From Gekko japonicus (lineage: Eukaryota), in contig NW_015166423.1 of NCBI RefSeq assembly GCF_001447785.1, positions 130,877-194,876 on the forward strand: a stretch of 64,000 nt of DNA, given 5' to 3'. The notes beneath the pieces were generated by a model. The model saw only the letters and a program-made list of their open reading frames with translations, was not told the origin of the DNA and searched no databases. The stretch's first letter is position 1, and the number at the start of each line of letters is the position of its first letter. A program made the translations under genes and the position numbers. This document shows positions 49,552 to 61,474 of this stretch, in pieces.

Positions 49552-52500
49552 TATTCATGAAATTTTAAAATATAAGTTCCTTACAATACAATCCTAATCA
49601 TGTATATTTAGAAGTAAATCCCATTGAGTTCCATGGGCTCACCATTCAGTAAGCCTAAAAGCAAAACTGTGAATATGCTCAGTACTAGAGAAACAGAGAA
49701 TGCTGCAAACTGCAGCAATTGTGTACTGCTTAAGCACATGTATCTTAGTTTTTATCATCTTATGAATGAAAAATGAAATAGAAAACACAAATTTTGTAGA
49801 GAATAAAATAATACAATTCTGGATAGAAACAGTCTCTTATAATTGCAACAGGACTACCAGCATTTTATAGTATTGTGCTAAAGTATATAACTTTGAACTC
49901 TCCAAGAGTACATTATTGTGAAACAGTGCATTGGAAGCAATATAAGTCACATTTAAAGGTAAATGTAAAGGTAAAGGTTCCCTTGCTCGAAAGCCAGTCA
50001 AATCCGACTCTAGGGTTGTGGTGCTCATCTCCGTTTCAAAGCCGAAGAGCCAGCACTGTCCAAAGACATTTCCGTGGTCATGTGGCCGGCATGACTAAAC
50101 ACCAAGGCGCACGGAACGCTGTTACCTTCCCANNNNNNNNNNNNNNNNNNNNNNNNNNNNNNNNNNNNNNNNNNNNNNNNNNNNNNNNNNNNNNNNNNNN
50201 NNNNNNNNNNNNNNNNNNNNNNNNNNNNNNNNNNNNNNNNNNNNNNNNNNNNNNNNNNNNNNNNNNNNNNNNNNNNNNNNNNNNNNNNNNNNNNNNNNNN
50301 NNNNNNNNNNNNNNNNNNNNNNNNNNNNNNNNNNNNNNNNNNNNNNNNNNNNNNNNNCCTATCTATCTGTCGCTCGCCTCAAGCCATGCGCTCGTTGGTG
50401 CTTCCTTCTGGCTGCTCTCCTCTTCTCTGCACGACGTACGTTGTGTTTTTTTTACTTAAACAGACGTTTGCGCATGCTCCGTTGGGCGCTTGTGCGCAAT
50501 CGTGGGGACTTGGAAAAAACACACCTTGTAGCTAGGGGACATGGGCGGGCGCCGGAACAACCTCCGGAAACGCGATCATACGCCCGCCCTTGCCCCGCGG
50601 TTTCCAGAAACTAGTACCTCCAAGGTACTAGTTTTTTACTCCGCGTTTTCGGCATTTAGCCACGGGTTACCGACGGGAGCTCTACACTTGCCAGATGTTG
50701 CCCTGTGATCGTGCCAGGAAACTCCGCCTCTCTTCCGTCTCTGAAGCGTGGCTTATGCTCCGTGTGACCGCAGCCACAGAAGGTTTATTTGTCTTATTAT
50801 TTTAGGGGGCATGAAAGAATGGCATGTTTAGAGAAGCAAAACAAAGGGCGCAATCACACACAATTAGCCGCGAATGCCAGGCAGATTTAAAGGGCGCGAT
50901 CAATCGTGAACATCTGGGAAGCGCCCCACACCCATCGGCAACCCATTTTGCTCCATCGCAGAAGTGGAGTAAAAAGACACCAGGGAAAGTCCGATAGCAA
51001 ATGGGTTGCTATGGGCCACAGACAGAGTTTCCCGTGTCTGATCACTCCAACGCGCTCTCATGGTGTTGGGATGGTCTGATCAGACCATCCTAATTCCATG
51101 CTGTTGTTTTTCTCCCCTTCTCAGTATGCGCATCATCGCACACTCCATAGGCAGCCCTCAGTTTTGTGATGTGATTCATCAATTCCCCGTTTAAGCGCAT
51201 TGGGAACAAACGGCACCCCCCCCCGACTCACCTGCGGTTGTGTTTGTTCACACAGCAGTGGGCTGTCCTGGGAGCATCAAAGGACTGTGTGATTGCGCAA
51301 CTGTGGGTCAGATTCCTCCGGAGGAAATAGCCTCGCTTCCCCCCCATGTTATCTCATGCGTGTGACCGCCACCAAAAAAATCAGGTATATAGAAGTTTAA
51401 AAATATACAATAGCTTCCGTGACCTAACAAGATATTAAATGCTGAAAGACAACATGAAATTATTCAGTTTATGAAAAATTCATATTGCAAAAATATATAT
51501 TTTTTCTTCTCTATCTTAGATGGATGGAGAGACACATACAGTAATTCAGTGCAGTTTAGAAACACAAAAATATAACACAAACGTAGAACCTGTTTCCCTA
51601 TTAATACAAGTAGTACTTGGATGACTGATCCCTTTGGGGTAGGATTAATCACAGGCTTTTGTTTCAAGTGCTCTAGTTAACACAGAGATGAAACACAGGG
51701 CAGGAACCTGGAAGGAAAGTGGATAAATGGATGCCAATTCACAAGTTTAAGTATATTTTCAGGGCTTTTGATGTTGTTGTCAATCAAGATAATGAGAGTA
51801 GAATAAAAGAATCTGGATTTTTAAAAAACTTTTTGACTTTATACAGCTCTGGCAGACCAAGAAGAATACTTCTACATTCAAGGTGGTAAAAACATTAGCA
51901 TACAATTCAGAAGTACACTGTCTCTATCAAAGAACACATTTTTTTCCTATCCTAACTGTTCCCGGCCTGCAAAATTGATTTCTGAATGAAGCCCACAGTA
52001 CTGAATAATGGGTGTCATCATAACAAGTCACACATTTTGACTTCAAAAACTCTACTTAAGCTCTTATTTTTACTCATTTCAGCAGAGCCCACCAGGACAC
52101 CCAGTGCTGCTTCCCAGTCACATGAGGCTTGTCTTAATAAGTTATCCCTGATGAAGTTGTTTTAATCATCACTGCTGCAAATGTAAATTTTCAGCACCCA
52201 AAGCTTATCAATGGGGATCGCCTCATTTGAAGGCTGAGGGTTTAATAATTTACAGCAGTAAGTGAGCAGACCATAGAGAATACTGGGAAGCTGGGATGAT
52301 AACATCAAACTGTATAATGAACAGTACAATCATTCCAAGAACAACAGAAAAACAGGTAAGAGTGGAGCTTATCTCTGTCTTCAGGGAAAAATTATGAAAC
52401 GAAGTATAGATGCTCTTATGCTCTTTCCTTGAAAGGGGTGGGAGAAAGCAGTAATGTAACCTGAATAATTTAGAAAAGAAAAATGAGACTTACCTTCCTG

Positions 52501-52778
52501 AATAAACTTTCTCAAGCCAGGAAAATACAGTAATGATTACAAGAAGATGCCAGAGAATTAAAATGGTGTGGTTTTTTACTTCTGAAAAAAAGACAAGATT
52601 GGGTAAGTTTGTGTTGTTTCTTTCATTTTAACTATACCATTTTGTAGATAGAATACAAAAAATAATCCTGATAGGTGAACAGTTTTCATCTCCAGCCAGA
52701 CATGATTCTCTCCTTAGTTTTATCACTGTTCATAAATTCACCCCCTCTGAACATTTAGGCTGATCCTAGGGATGTGTA

Positions 52779-52873
52779 TTCAGAGGACGGCGGAAGACAG
52801 AAGGGCCTGGCGGGAGCTGGTCCATGGGGTCGCGAAGAGTCGGACGCGACTGTGCGACTGAACAACAACAACA
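52779..52873 (+). mobile_element. Short BovB 3' end at the LTR boundary
   Basis: ggtccatggggtcgcgaagagtcggacgcgactg followed by (AAC)n; 11-bp TSD AGGGATGTGTA. Confidence 0.93.
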
Positions 52874-52880
52874 AGGGATG

Positions 52881-53636
52881 TGTAAGGAAGAGACTGACTT
52901 GTGTGTAAAATAGCAACACTGTAGAACTGAATGACGGCAGGAGGGGGAGGATCGACCTTGCAAGTCATTGCAGGAACTGCTCAGTTCTCAGCTTTGCAAG
53001 AGCTGCAGAATTGAGATATCTTAATTAACAGCTGGACTGGATAGAGGGAGGGGCAGCGTTTTAATAGGTCCTTCCTATTAAGAGCCAGTTTGGTGTAGTG
53101 GTTAAGTGTGCGGACTCTAATCTGGGAGAACCAGGTTTGATTCCCCACTCCTCCACTTGCACCTGCTGATGTGACCTTGGGTCAGTCACAAGCTCTGGCA
53201 CAGCTGTTCCTGAAAGAGCAATTTGTGTCAGAGTTCTCTCAGCCCCACCCACCTCACAGGGTGTCTGTTGTGGGGAGGGGAAGGGAAAGGAGTTTGTAAG
53301 CCACTCTGAGACTCCTTTGGGTAGTGAAGGGCGGGGTATAAATCCAATCTCTTCTTCTTCCGAAGATAAAAGCCAAAAGGTGGGTGGGCAGCGCATGTCT
53401 TTTGGGAAGGATTTTTCCTACCTTTTGGAGTTTCTGTAAGTCTCAGCTGATTTTAATCACTATTTGTATTTTGGCAATCACTGAAGGACATTGAATTTCT
53501 CTTTGTTCCTCTAATTATTGTTAATTAAGGTTGCCTTTTCTGTTTTCTGATAATAAAAGTACTTTTGCCTGATTTGCTGGAGTCTAGAGCCTGAAGCTGG
53601 GTGTTCTTGCAAAGGACCCAAAGCCTGCATCATACA
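52881..53636 (+). repeat. Putative 5' LTR (TG...CA) containing a Squam3 insertion
   Basis: Starts TGTAAGG; AATAAA at 53552; ends CA immediately before the PBS. The 5' boundary is inferred because no second LTR is available. Confidence 0.65.
53081..53360 (+). mobile_element. Full-length Squam3-type SINE
   Basis: Pol III boxes A and B; L2-like 3' end gggcggggtataaatccaatct; (CTT)n tail. Confidence 0.92.
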
Positions 53637-53651
53637 TGGTAGCATGGTGGG
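53637..53651 (+). promoter_or_regulatory. Primer-binding site, probably tRNA-Leu
   Basis: TGGTAGCATGGTGGG compared with the tRNA-Leu complement TGGTGGCAG(C/T)GGTGGG; the first 8 nt also fit iMet. Confidence 0.6.
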
Positions 53652-53711
53652 CTGGGCTCTAAGTTTAAAGTTCAAACAGGCAATAAGGCTACCAAGGAGG
53701 ACTGCTGATCC

Positions 53712-54715
53712 ATGGATTATTCGGAGGGGACATTATGTAACATGGATCTAGTTCTAGCCTCAGCAGGATTAGAAGGATCCTTTCACCAGGAAGAGCCCTT
53801 TCGAAGATACTCCTCTGAGAAGGTATTTGATATGAGGTTAATCCTAGAGGAGTATGATGACAATGAAGCTGCCTTGAGGAGGAGGGTGTCACAACTGAAA
53901 ACAGATGTGAAAGCTTGGCAAACAGAAGTACAGAATGATAAGGGAGATGAATATGATGCAGCAGCATTTAATAGGGAATCAAGGAGACAGATGGACAAAG
54001 TTAAAGTTTCCTGAGTTAAGACCTGGAGATGATGTCACAACCTTTTTTGCTTTATTTGAAGCCTCTGCACAGGATTACCACTTGCCAGACACTGAATATA
54101 TGGCAGCGCTGCGCAGGTGCTTGCATGGGGAGGTTGCAGAGTTACTTGCTCAGCTTGCCCCCCAGCAAGCAAGGGACTATTCATATTTTAAGCAGCTACC
54201 TCTGCGGCAGTTTAGACTTTCAACAGAGCAACTTTGGCAAATTTTTCGTCAGGCAGCTCCTAAGCCAAAGGAATCTTACAGTTTGTTTGTCAGCAAGGTA
54301 CAGAGAATGTGTCTTTGTTGGACTGAATTGGCGCAAGCGCAGACATTTTATGACCTATTAGAATTGATAGTCCAAGAGCACATTTATCAAGCCATTCCAG
54401 TGGAGCGTGCGGCATTAGCGCATGTTCAGAGGCCTGCCACTACCCAGCAGCTGGCAATAGTCTTGTATGAAATAGCTGCAGCAGGCTATTCAGCTTCGAA
54501 GTGGCAGAGATGGAAAGGTGCCAGGAGGAAAACTTATGCCTCCTTCTGTGCAGTACAGACAAGAACAACAAACTGATTTTAGAGCAGTTCCCAGGCAGCA
54601 AGCTCAGTTTGTAGCCAACATCCCAGTTAGGGATGGGAGGGGGTTAGGAAATTTAAGTCCAGCCCAGGTGATCTGTCACTATTGCAGGAAACAAGGACAC
54701 ATTAAAGCTCAATGA
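53712..54715 (+). pseudogene. gag: Retrotransposon gag (coiled-coil N-terminus, SCAN-like capsid, zinc knuckle), frameshifted
   Basis: KFPELRPGDDVTTFFALFE...LLELIVQEHIYQAIP...RPATTQQL; CHYCRKQGHIKAQ with the last Cys changed to TGA. Confidence 0.88.
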
Positions 54716-55039
54716 CCTAAATTGGTGGCTAGGGGTGACAGACATCAACCCAAAGTGCAAGTGGTCTCAAGTTGGTCCCAAGCCCAGCTAAATGCTGGGG
54801 TGGAACAGCAGCCTGAAGATTGGAAAATGGACATTCAAGATCAATTAGCAGCTGGTGATACAAGTGAAAGAGTGCAGGCGGATGGGGGGGTAAGTTAGAT
54901 TCCTGGGACTCAAGAGGGTTGATTGAAAAAACGGGTAAGAAATGAACAGAAGCAGGGAAGCCCCCAATGCCATAATCAATGACCGAGGGAATGTTCAGAG
55001 ATGAATTGCATTGAGTTAGCTACCTTGCCAAAGAAATCT

Positions 55040-57275
55040 ATTTCCTACACTGGTGTGCTTAAAAAAGGGCCATGCAAGTGAGTTTGCAAGACTGCATTGA
55101 CCTTCAGGCGGTGTGGGATAGTGGGGCAGACATATCAAGCGTATCCGAGGATATTTTTCATGGGCTAGGGCTCCGGGCAGAGGGAAAAATAGAAATACAA
55201 TCTTAAGAACATAAGAGACACCAATGTTGGATCAGGCCAAAGGCCCATCTAGTCCAACACTCTGTCACACAGTGGCCAAAAATACCAGGTGCCATCAGGA
55301 GGTCCACCAGTGGGACCAGGACATTAGAAGCCCTCCCACTGTTGACCCCCCCAAGCACCAAGAAGACAGAGCATCACTTGCCCCAGAGCCCCTATCTATA
55401 CCTTGTGGCTAATAGCCACTGATGGACCTCTGCTCCATATGCTTATCTAATTCCCTTTTGAAGCCGTCCATGCTTGTAGCCGCCACCACTTCCTGTGGCA
55501 GTGAATTCCAAGTGTTAATCACTCTTTGGGTGAAGAAGTACTTCCTTTTATCCGTTCTAACCCGACCGCTCAGCAATTTCATGGAGTGCCCATGAGTTCT
55601 TGTATTGTGAGAAAGGGAGAAAAGTACCTTTTTCTCTACCTGTTCTTTTCCATGCATAATCTTGTAAACCTTAATCATGTCACCCCTCAGTTGTCATTTC
55701 TCCAAGCTAAAGAGCCCTAAGCTCCTTAACCTTTCCTCATAGGGAAAGTGTTCCAACCCTTTTATCATTCGAGTTGCCCTTTTCTGCACTTTTCCCAAAG
55801 CTATAATATCCTTTTTAAGGTGTGGTGACCAGAACTGCACACAGTATTCCAAATGAGGTCTCACCATNNNNNNNNNNNNNNNNNNNNNNNNNNNNNNNNN
55901 NNNNNNNNNNNNNNNNNNNNNNNNNNNNNNNNNNNNNNNNNNNNNNNNNNNNNNNNNNNNNNNNNNNNNNNNNNNNNNNNNNNNNNNNNNNNNNNNNNNN
56001 NNNNNNNNNNNNNNNNNNNNNNNNNNNNNNNNNNNNNNNNNNNNNNNNNNNNNNNNNNNNNNNNNNNNNNNNNNNNNNNNNNNNNNNNNNNNNNNNNNNN
56101 NNNNNNNNNNNNNNNNNNNNNNNNNNNNNNNNNNNNNNNNNNNNNNNNNNNNNNNNNNNNNNNNNNNNNNNNNNNNNNNNNNNNNNNNNNNNNNNNNNNN
56201 NNNNNNNNNNNNNNNNNNNNNNNNNNNNNNNNNNNNNNNNNNNNNNNNNNNNNNNNNNNNNNNNNNNNNNNNNNNNNNNNNNNNNNNNNNNNNNNNNNNN
56301 NNNNNNNNNNNNNNNNNNNNNNNNNNNNNNNNNNNNNNNNNNNNNNNNNNNNNNNNNNNNNNNNNNNNNNNNNNNNNNNNNNNNNNNNNNNNNNNNNNNN
56401 NNNNNNNNNNNNNNNNNNNNNNNNNNNNNNNNNNNNNNNNNNNNNNNNNNNNNNNNNNNNNNNNNNNNNNNNNNNNNNNNNNNNNNNNNNNNNNNNNNNN
56501 NTTTTTGAGCTTACTTAGGAGCCTTTGATGAGGAACTTTATCACAAGCTTTCTGGAAGTTAAGGTAAACAATATCTATTGGATCCCCCTTGTCCACATGT
56601 TTGTTCACCCCCTCAAAGTGAGACAAGATCTTCCCTTACAGAACCAATGCTGAGTCTGCCTCAATAGGTTTTGTTCATCTACGTGCCTACTCATTCTTTC
56701 CTTAATAACGGTTTCCACCAATTTACTCAGTATCGACGTCAGACTGACTGGCCTGTAATTTCCCAGATCTCCTCTGGAACCCTTTTTAAAGATGGGAGTG
56801 ACATTAGCTACCTTCCAGTCCTCAGGAATGGAGGCAGATTTTAAGGAAAGATTACATATTTTTGTCAGGAGATCCACAAGTTCACATTTGAGTTCTTTCA
56901 GAACTCTCGGATGTATGCCATCTGGGCCTGGTGATTTATCAGTTTTTAAGTTGTCTATCAGTTTAAGGACCTCCTCTCTCGTCACCTCAATCTGGCTAAG
57001 GTCTTTCAACACCCCTCCCGAAATCAGCGGTTCTGGAGTGGGCAAGCACTTCTCATCTTCCACAGTGAAGACAGAGGCAAAAAATGCATTTAGCTTCTCA
57101 GCCATTTCCCTATCATCCTTCAGGACTCCTTTTACCCTTGGTCATCTTATGACTCCAAACCCAAAGAACAACCTGTTACATTTATGAAAGTAGGAGTGGG
57201 GGATTGGAGTGATATCATTCCACTTCTGGTGCATTAGGGGTGGGATCCACAGTTTCTTGTAGGTATGGATATTCA
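55040..57275 (+). pseudogene. Aspartic protease split by a CR1 insertion
   Basis: VWDSGADISSV at 55111; removing the CR1 and one ATCTTA copy rejoins GKIEIQSYDSKPKEQPV...QFLVGMD in frame, with one internal stop. Confidence 0.9.
55206..57143 (-). mobile_element. CR1 LINE, 5'-truncated, spanning a gap
   Basis: [48 protein letters not shown]; reverse tail aagaacataag; TSD ATCTTA. Confidence 0.97.
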
Positions 57276-58700
57276 CTATAGAGTATTGAGAGCAAAACAG
57301 ACAGTGTCTCAACTTCTGGTAATGACAAGAAGACAAGTGAAGGCAAGTGAACTCTACCCGGAACTGCCTCAGGCAGCAAGTTTGGTGGAACAGCTGGGAG
57401 GAAAGGAAAAAGAGATGAGGGGGAGTGAAGATGTGCAGTTGATTCAAAGGGATGAGTCTTTTCTTGTAAGCACAGACCCAGTAGTTTACAAACAGGAGTT
57501 AAAGGAATGCCAGTCCCTCAAAGAGTGCAGACAAGCAGTGGGGGAGAATAAGCCTGCACTGGACAAGCCTGGAGATACCAGGTTTGTTTGGGTAAATGGA
57601 TTACTATATAGGGAATATATGCCTTTAAAAAGCAGCTCTAATTTTGGGCCTGGAAAACAGCTATTAGTCCCAGAAAAATTTAGAGAGGAAATCTTAAGAG
57701 TTGGGGATGATTTACCATTGACAGGCCACCTTGGGTTTAAGAGGATGCTGGCTAAAATCAGTTCAGTCTTTTATTGGCCTGGCATACATAGGGACGTGAA
57801 AAGGTATGTCGCTGGGTGTGAAGTCTGTCAGAAGGTTGGCCATGCTTCTGACCACATAAAGGTTTCCCTAGGAGAAATTCCAGTAGTTCAAACCCCCTTT
57901 TCTGAAATTCAAATTGACATTCAGGGGCCTTTTATACCCTCTAAGTCCGGAAAGAAATTTATTTTAGTGATCATTGATAGGGCAACTTGCTTCCCAGCAG
58001 CTATACCTTTGAGAACAACTGATGCGTTGAGCATTGCCAAAGTGGTGTTGGAATTTTGTGCTGTCTATGGGTTTCCTAGAGTAGTGACGTCAGATCAGGG
58101 CACCATGTTTGTGAGTAAAGTGATGCAGAACCTGTATGATCTAGCAGGTGTGATACAAAAATTAAGTGTAGTTTATCATCCCGTCGCATGGGCAGGTTGA
58201 AAAGTGGGGAGGGACTCTTACCCATATGTTAAAGGCTTTTTGTGCAGAACATCAAAGGACCTGGGATGAGTTCCTACCATTATTGGTAAGTGCATATAGG
58301 GAAGCAGTACACCCCTTGTTGGGAGGATATTCTCCCAATGAGATGGTATTTGGGAGAAAGCTGCATGGAATGGGTTTGGACCTTAGAGATGCCCCAGCCT
58401 GCTGCAGAGTATTTTGCGAATCTACAAAGAGTCTTGCAGAGTGTAAGACAAACAGCTCATGAGGTCATGGCAGAGGCCAGACAAAAGCAGAAACGGTATT
58501 TTGATAAATCAGCCAGGTTCAAGAAGCTACAGGAGGGAGACCTTGCTTTGTTGCTGAAACCAGAAGGGCTGGGGAAATTAGATCTGAGGTGGAGTGGGCC
58601 ATTCAAGGTAGTGAAGAGCTGTGGTGATGGAAATTATCAAGTGGAGGATCCAGAAAGAGGGACCTTGTTGGTTCACATTAATCGGCTAAAACAAATTGTC
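57265..58700 (+). pseudogene. Integrase (zinc finger, DDE core, GPF module), frameshifted
   Basis: GHLGFKRM..FYWPG..CEVC; QIDIQGP; TSDQGTMF; HP/SHGQVEK across a frameshift at ~58183; WSGPFKV. Confidence 0.93.
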
Positions 58701-58799
58701 AGGCGTGAGGTACAGCAATTGTCAGTGGAAAGTTGGACTGAGGAAGATTTCAACATCCCTGATTTAGTGGCAGAGAGAGGAAAGAGAGAGGGACTGGGA

Positions 58800-60242
58800 G
58801 AAATTCCTATTAATGAGACGCTGACAGCAGAACAGCAAAGGCAATTGAAGGAGGTGTTACAAGACTTTGCAACCCTTTTCACAAACTGCCCAGGGAGAAC
58901 TGATTTGATCAGTCACGATTTAGATACAGGGGAATATCCACCAATCAAGTGCAATCAATATCCCATCAGAGGGACAATGAGGGAGGTAGTGAGGCAGGAG
59001 ATACAGACAATGCTTGAGATGGGAGTTATAGTACCTAGCACTTCTGAGTGGAGCAGTAACCTTGTAATAGTTCCAAAAAAGAAGCTGCATGAAGAAGACC
59101 CCCCAGAATACCAATTGTGCTTAGATTATAGAAGGTTAAACCAATTGAGTAAAACTGATCAATACCCAGCACCAAATATAGAGGAGGTCCTGGAAAGGAT
59201 TGCAAGTGCAGAGTATATCACTATCATGGACCTCACATTTGGGTTTTGGCAGCTACCACTAACAGAAAGAGCTAAGGATAGAGCAGCTTTTTCATGTTTT
59301 ATGGGGCAATTTCATTTCAGTGTGCTCCCATTTGGAATCAACTTGGCCAGCAAGGTGTTCCAGAGATTAATAGACAAGGTGCTACAGGGATTAGATTTCT
59401 CAGGAATCTACCAGGTTGATATTGCAGTGACCAGTTCATCTTGGTCACAGCATTTAGAACATCTAAGAGTTGTATTGCGGAGAATTCAAGAGGCAGGATT
59501 AACCATTAAGCCTTCAAAATGCCAAATAGCCAATAGCTCAGTTGTGTACTTGGGCCACCAAATAGGGAGAGGGAAGATAGCACCACACACGGCAAAAGTA
59601 GACGTGATTGTTAATTGGCCAATTCCAACTACCAAGAAGCAGGTGCTGAGTTTCCTAGGGGCATGTGGATTCTATAGGAGATTTATTCCTAATTTTTCAC
59701 ATCATGCAGCACCACTCACTAATTTATGTAAGAAAAGGATATCTGGGAGAGTGCCCTGGACACATGAGTGTCAAAGAGGCTTTGATACATTAAAGAGGAG
59801 GCTTGTAGAAGCCCCAATTCTCAAACCGCCAGACTACTCCCAGGAGTGCATTGTGCACACTGATGCCAGCCGGTATGGCTTGGGGGTGGTTCTATTGCAG
59901 AAAGGGCAAGATGACTGCCTCCATCCAGTAGTATGCCTCAGTTGCAAACTATTGCCCAGGGAGCAGAAATACAGTGTTATTGAGCAGGCAGCTTTGGGAG
60001 TGGTATGGGGGTTAAATAACCTTAAGACATATCTGAGGGGGGTACACTTTCAGTTGGAGACAGATCACAATCCATTGGTTTTCATCCACAAGATGAAAGA
60101 GACTAATGCCAAGATTCTGCGGTGGGTGTTGTCCCTACAAGATTTCTCATTTGACGTTAAATATATTAAGGGAAAAGAAAATGTATTAGCTGACTCCCTC
60201 CCAAAGTGTTTTGCCGAAGTGAGCAAAACAATGGACAACTAA
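58800..60242 (+). pseudogene. Reverse transcriptase and RNase H; frame open but catalytic residues altered
   Basis: LCLDYRRLN, MDLTFGFWQ, LPFG, YQVD (not YxDD), YLGH, FLGACGFYRRFIPNF; TDAS, EQAAL (usual ExExL), TDH, ADSL. Confidence 0.95.
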
Positions 60243-61474
60243 GAATAAGAGAAGAAGAAGACATGAAGAGACTAAAATTCCTTACTGTTGCAAAACAATC
60301 TTTTTTTAGTATAAGGTAGTATCTATATGCATTAGAAAAGAGGCAATAAGCGATATGTAAACATACTATACCCCCGTTTTACGTTTAGAAGTAGTGTAGT
60401 ATGTTTGTTTGTATGTATGTCTTTGTTTACGTACTCAATAAAATTAAAAAATATACATATACATACCCCTTCATATTTTCTAGCGCAGTTAAGTGCATTT
60501 TCTTCAGGATAACTCTTTCTTTTTTTTTCTTGGTTGTTTCTGTTCATATTGCATCCTGTTATTTGTATGTTAGAATTTTTTTTGAACAACTCAGCTGAAA
60601 GAAGACAAAATTTTGTCATGGCACTTTTGAAGGATTGGAATGGAATTTAGGTAACATCCTCAAAATAAAAATTAATCATAGGGTAGTCCAACACATACTT
60701 ACCTGGGAGTAAGCCTCATTGGACACAGTAGGACTTGCTTCTGAGCAAAGACACATAGGATTATGCAGTCAGTGTCTGAATAACATGGTAGCCCTCAGAT
60801 AAAAAAACTTCTCTTTAACTGAAAGAAATGTCTTTGCTGTGGAAAAGTATTGTAAAGGCAGGAAACTCTTTGCAGCTGTTGGGATTTTTTTGTTTGTGAA
60901 TTAAATAATGGTGTTGTTGCCAGTAGTTTCATGGATAATGTTCAGGGTTTCTGAATAAACTTAAGCCATTGTGGAATTTTTTTAAAAGGGGCCTGGGTTT
61001 CACCCTCTTCATTTCACGTTGTTCTTTTCCTATTATCTGCTTTGATACAAAAGGTGAAAGGATAAATATTTGACTCCTTGGGGTTCATGACTAGAACAAC
61101 AGCTTGATTTTGAACAGAAATTGGTCAAGCAATGTTATTAGCCCAGATATGGTGATCGGAATGGATATCCAAGCACAGGGCGCTAAAGGTTGTTTCTCTG
61201 CAGGAACACTGAGAAGAGAGAACAAAGAGAGTTTCTCTTCAAAGGCATATTTTCATACATGCTCCCAGAATTATATGGCTTTTATCTCCTGAACTGTATC
61301 TTTCTATGCCCACATAAGTATGGAAGCAGTACAATCCACAGTACATCATACTGTTCAACAGAACTAACTTTAAAATTAGCAGACTGCAGCATATCAAAGC
61401 GATCACCAGCATCATAAGCCATTAACCAAAACCAGTAGCTCATGGTTCAGTTGCAAAAGGTCATAAGACATTTA

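Larger units (their letters stand above)
52881..60242 (+). mobile_element. Gypsy LTR retrotransposon, Gmr1-type (integrase upstream of RT), decayed, 3' LTR not seen
   Basis: LTR, PBS, gag with CCHC, DSG protease, integrase, RT and RNase H occur in that order. Confidence 0.95.

Noticed and set aside
58290-60242. 650-aa ORF as an active or domesticated pol gene
   Set aside because: RT YxDD and an RNase H acidic residue are altered and the upstream domains are frameshifted, consistent with neutral decay.
60695-60706. U1 snRNA gene or pseudogene
   Set aside because: The match ends after 12 nt; kept only as an antisense splice-donor observation.
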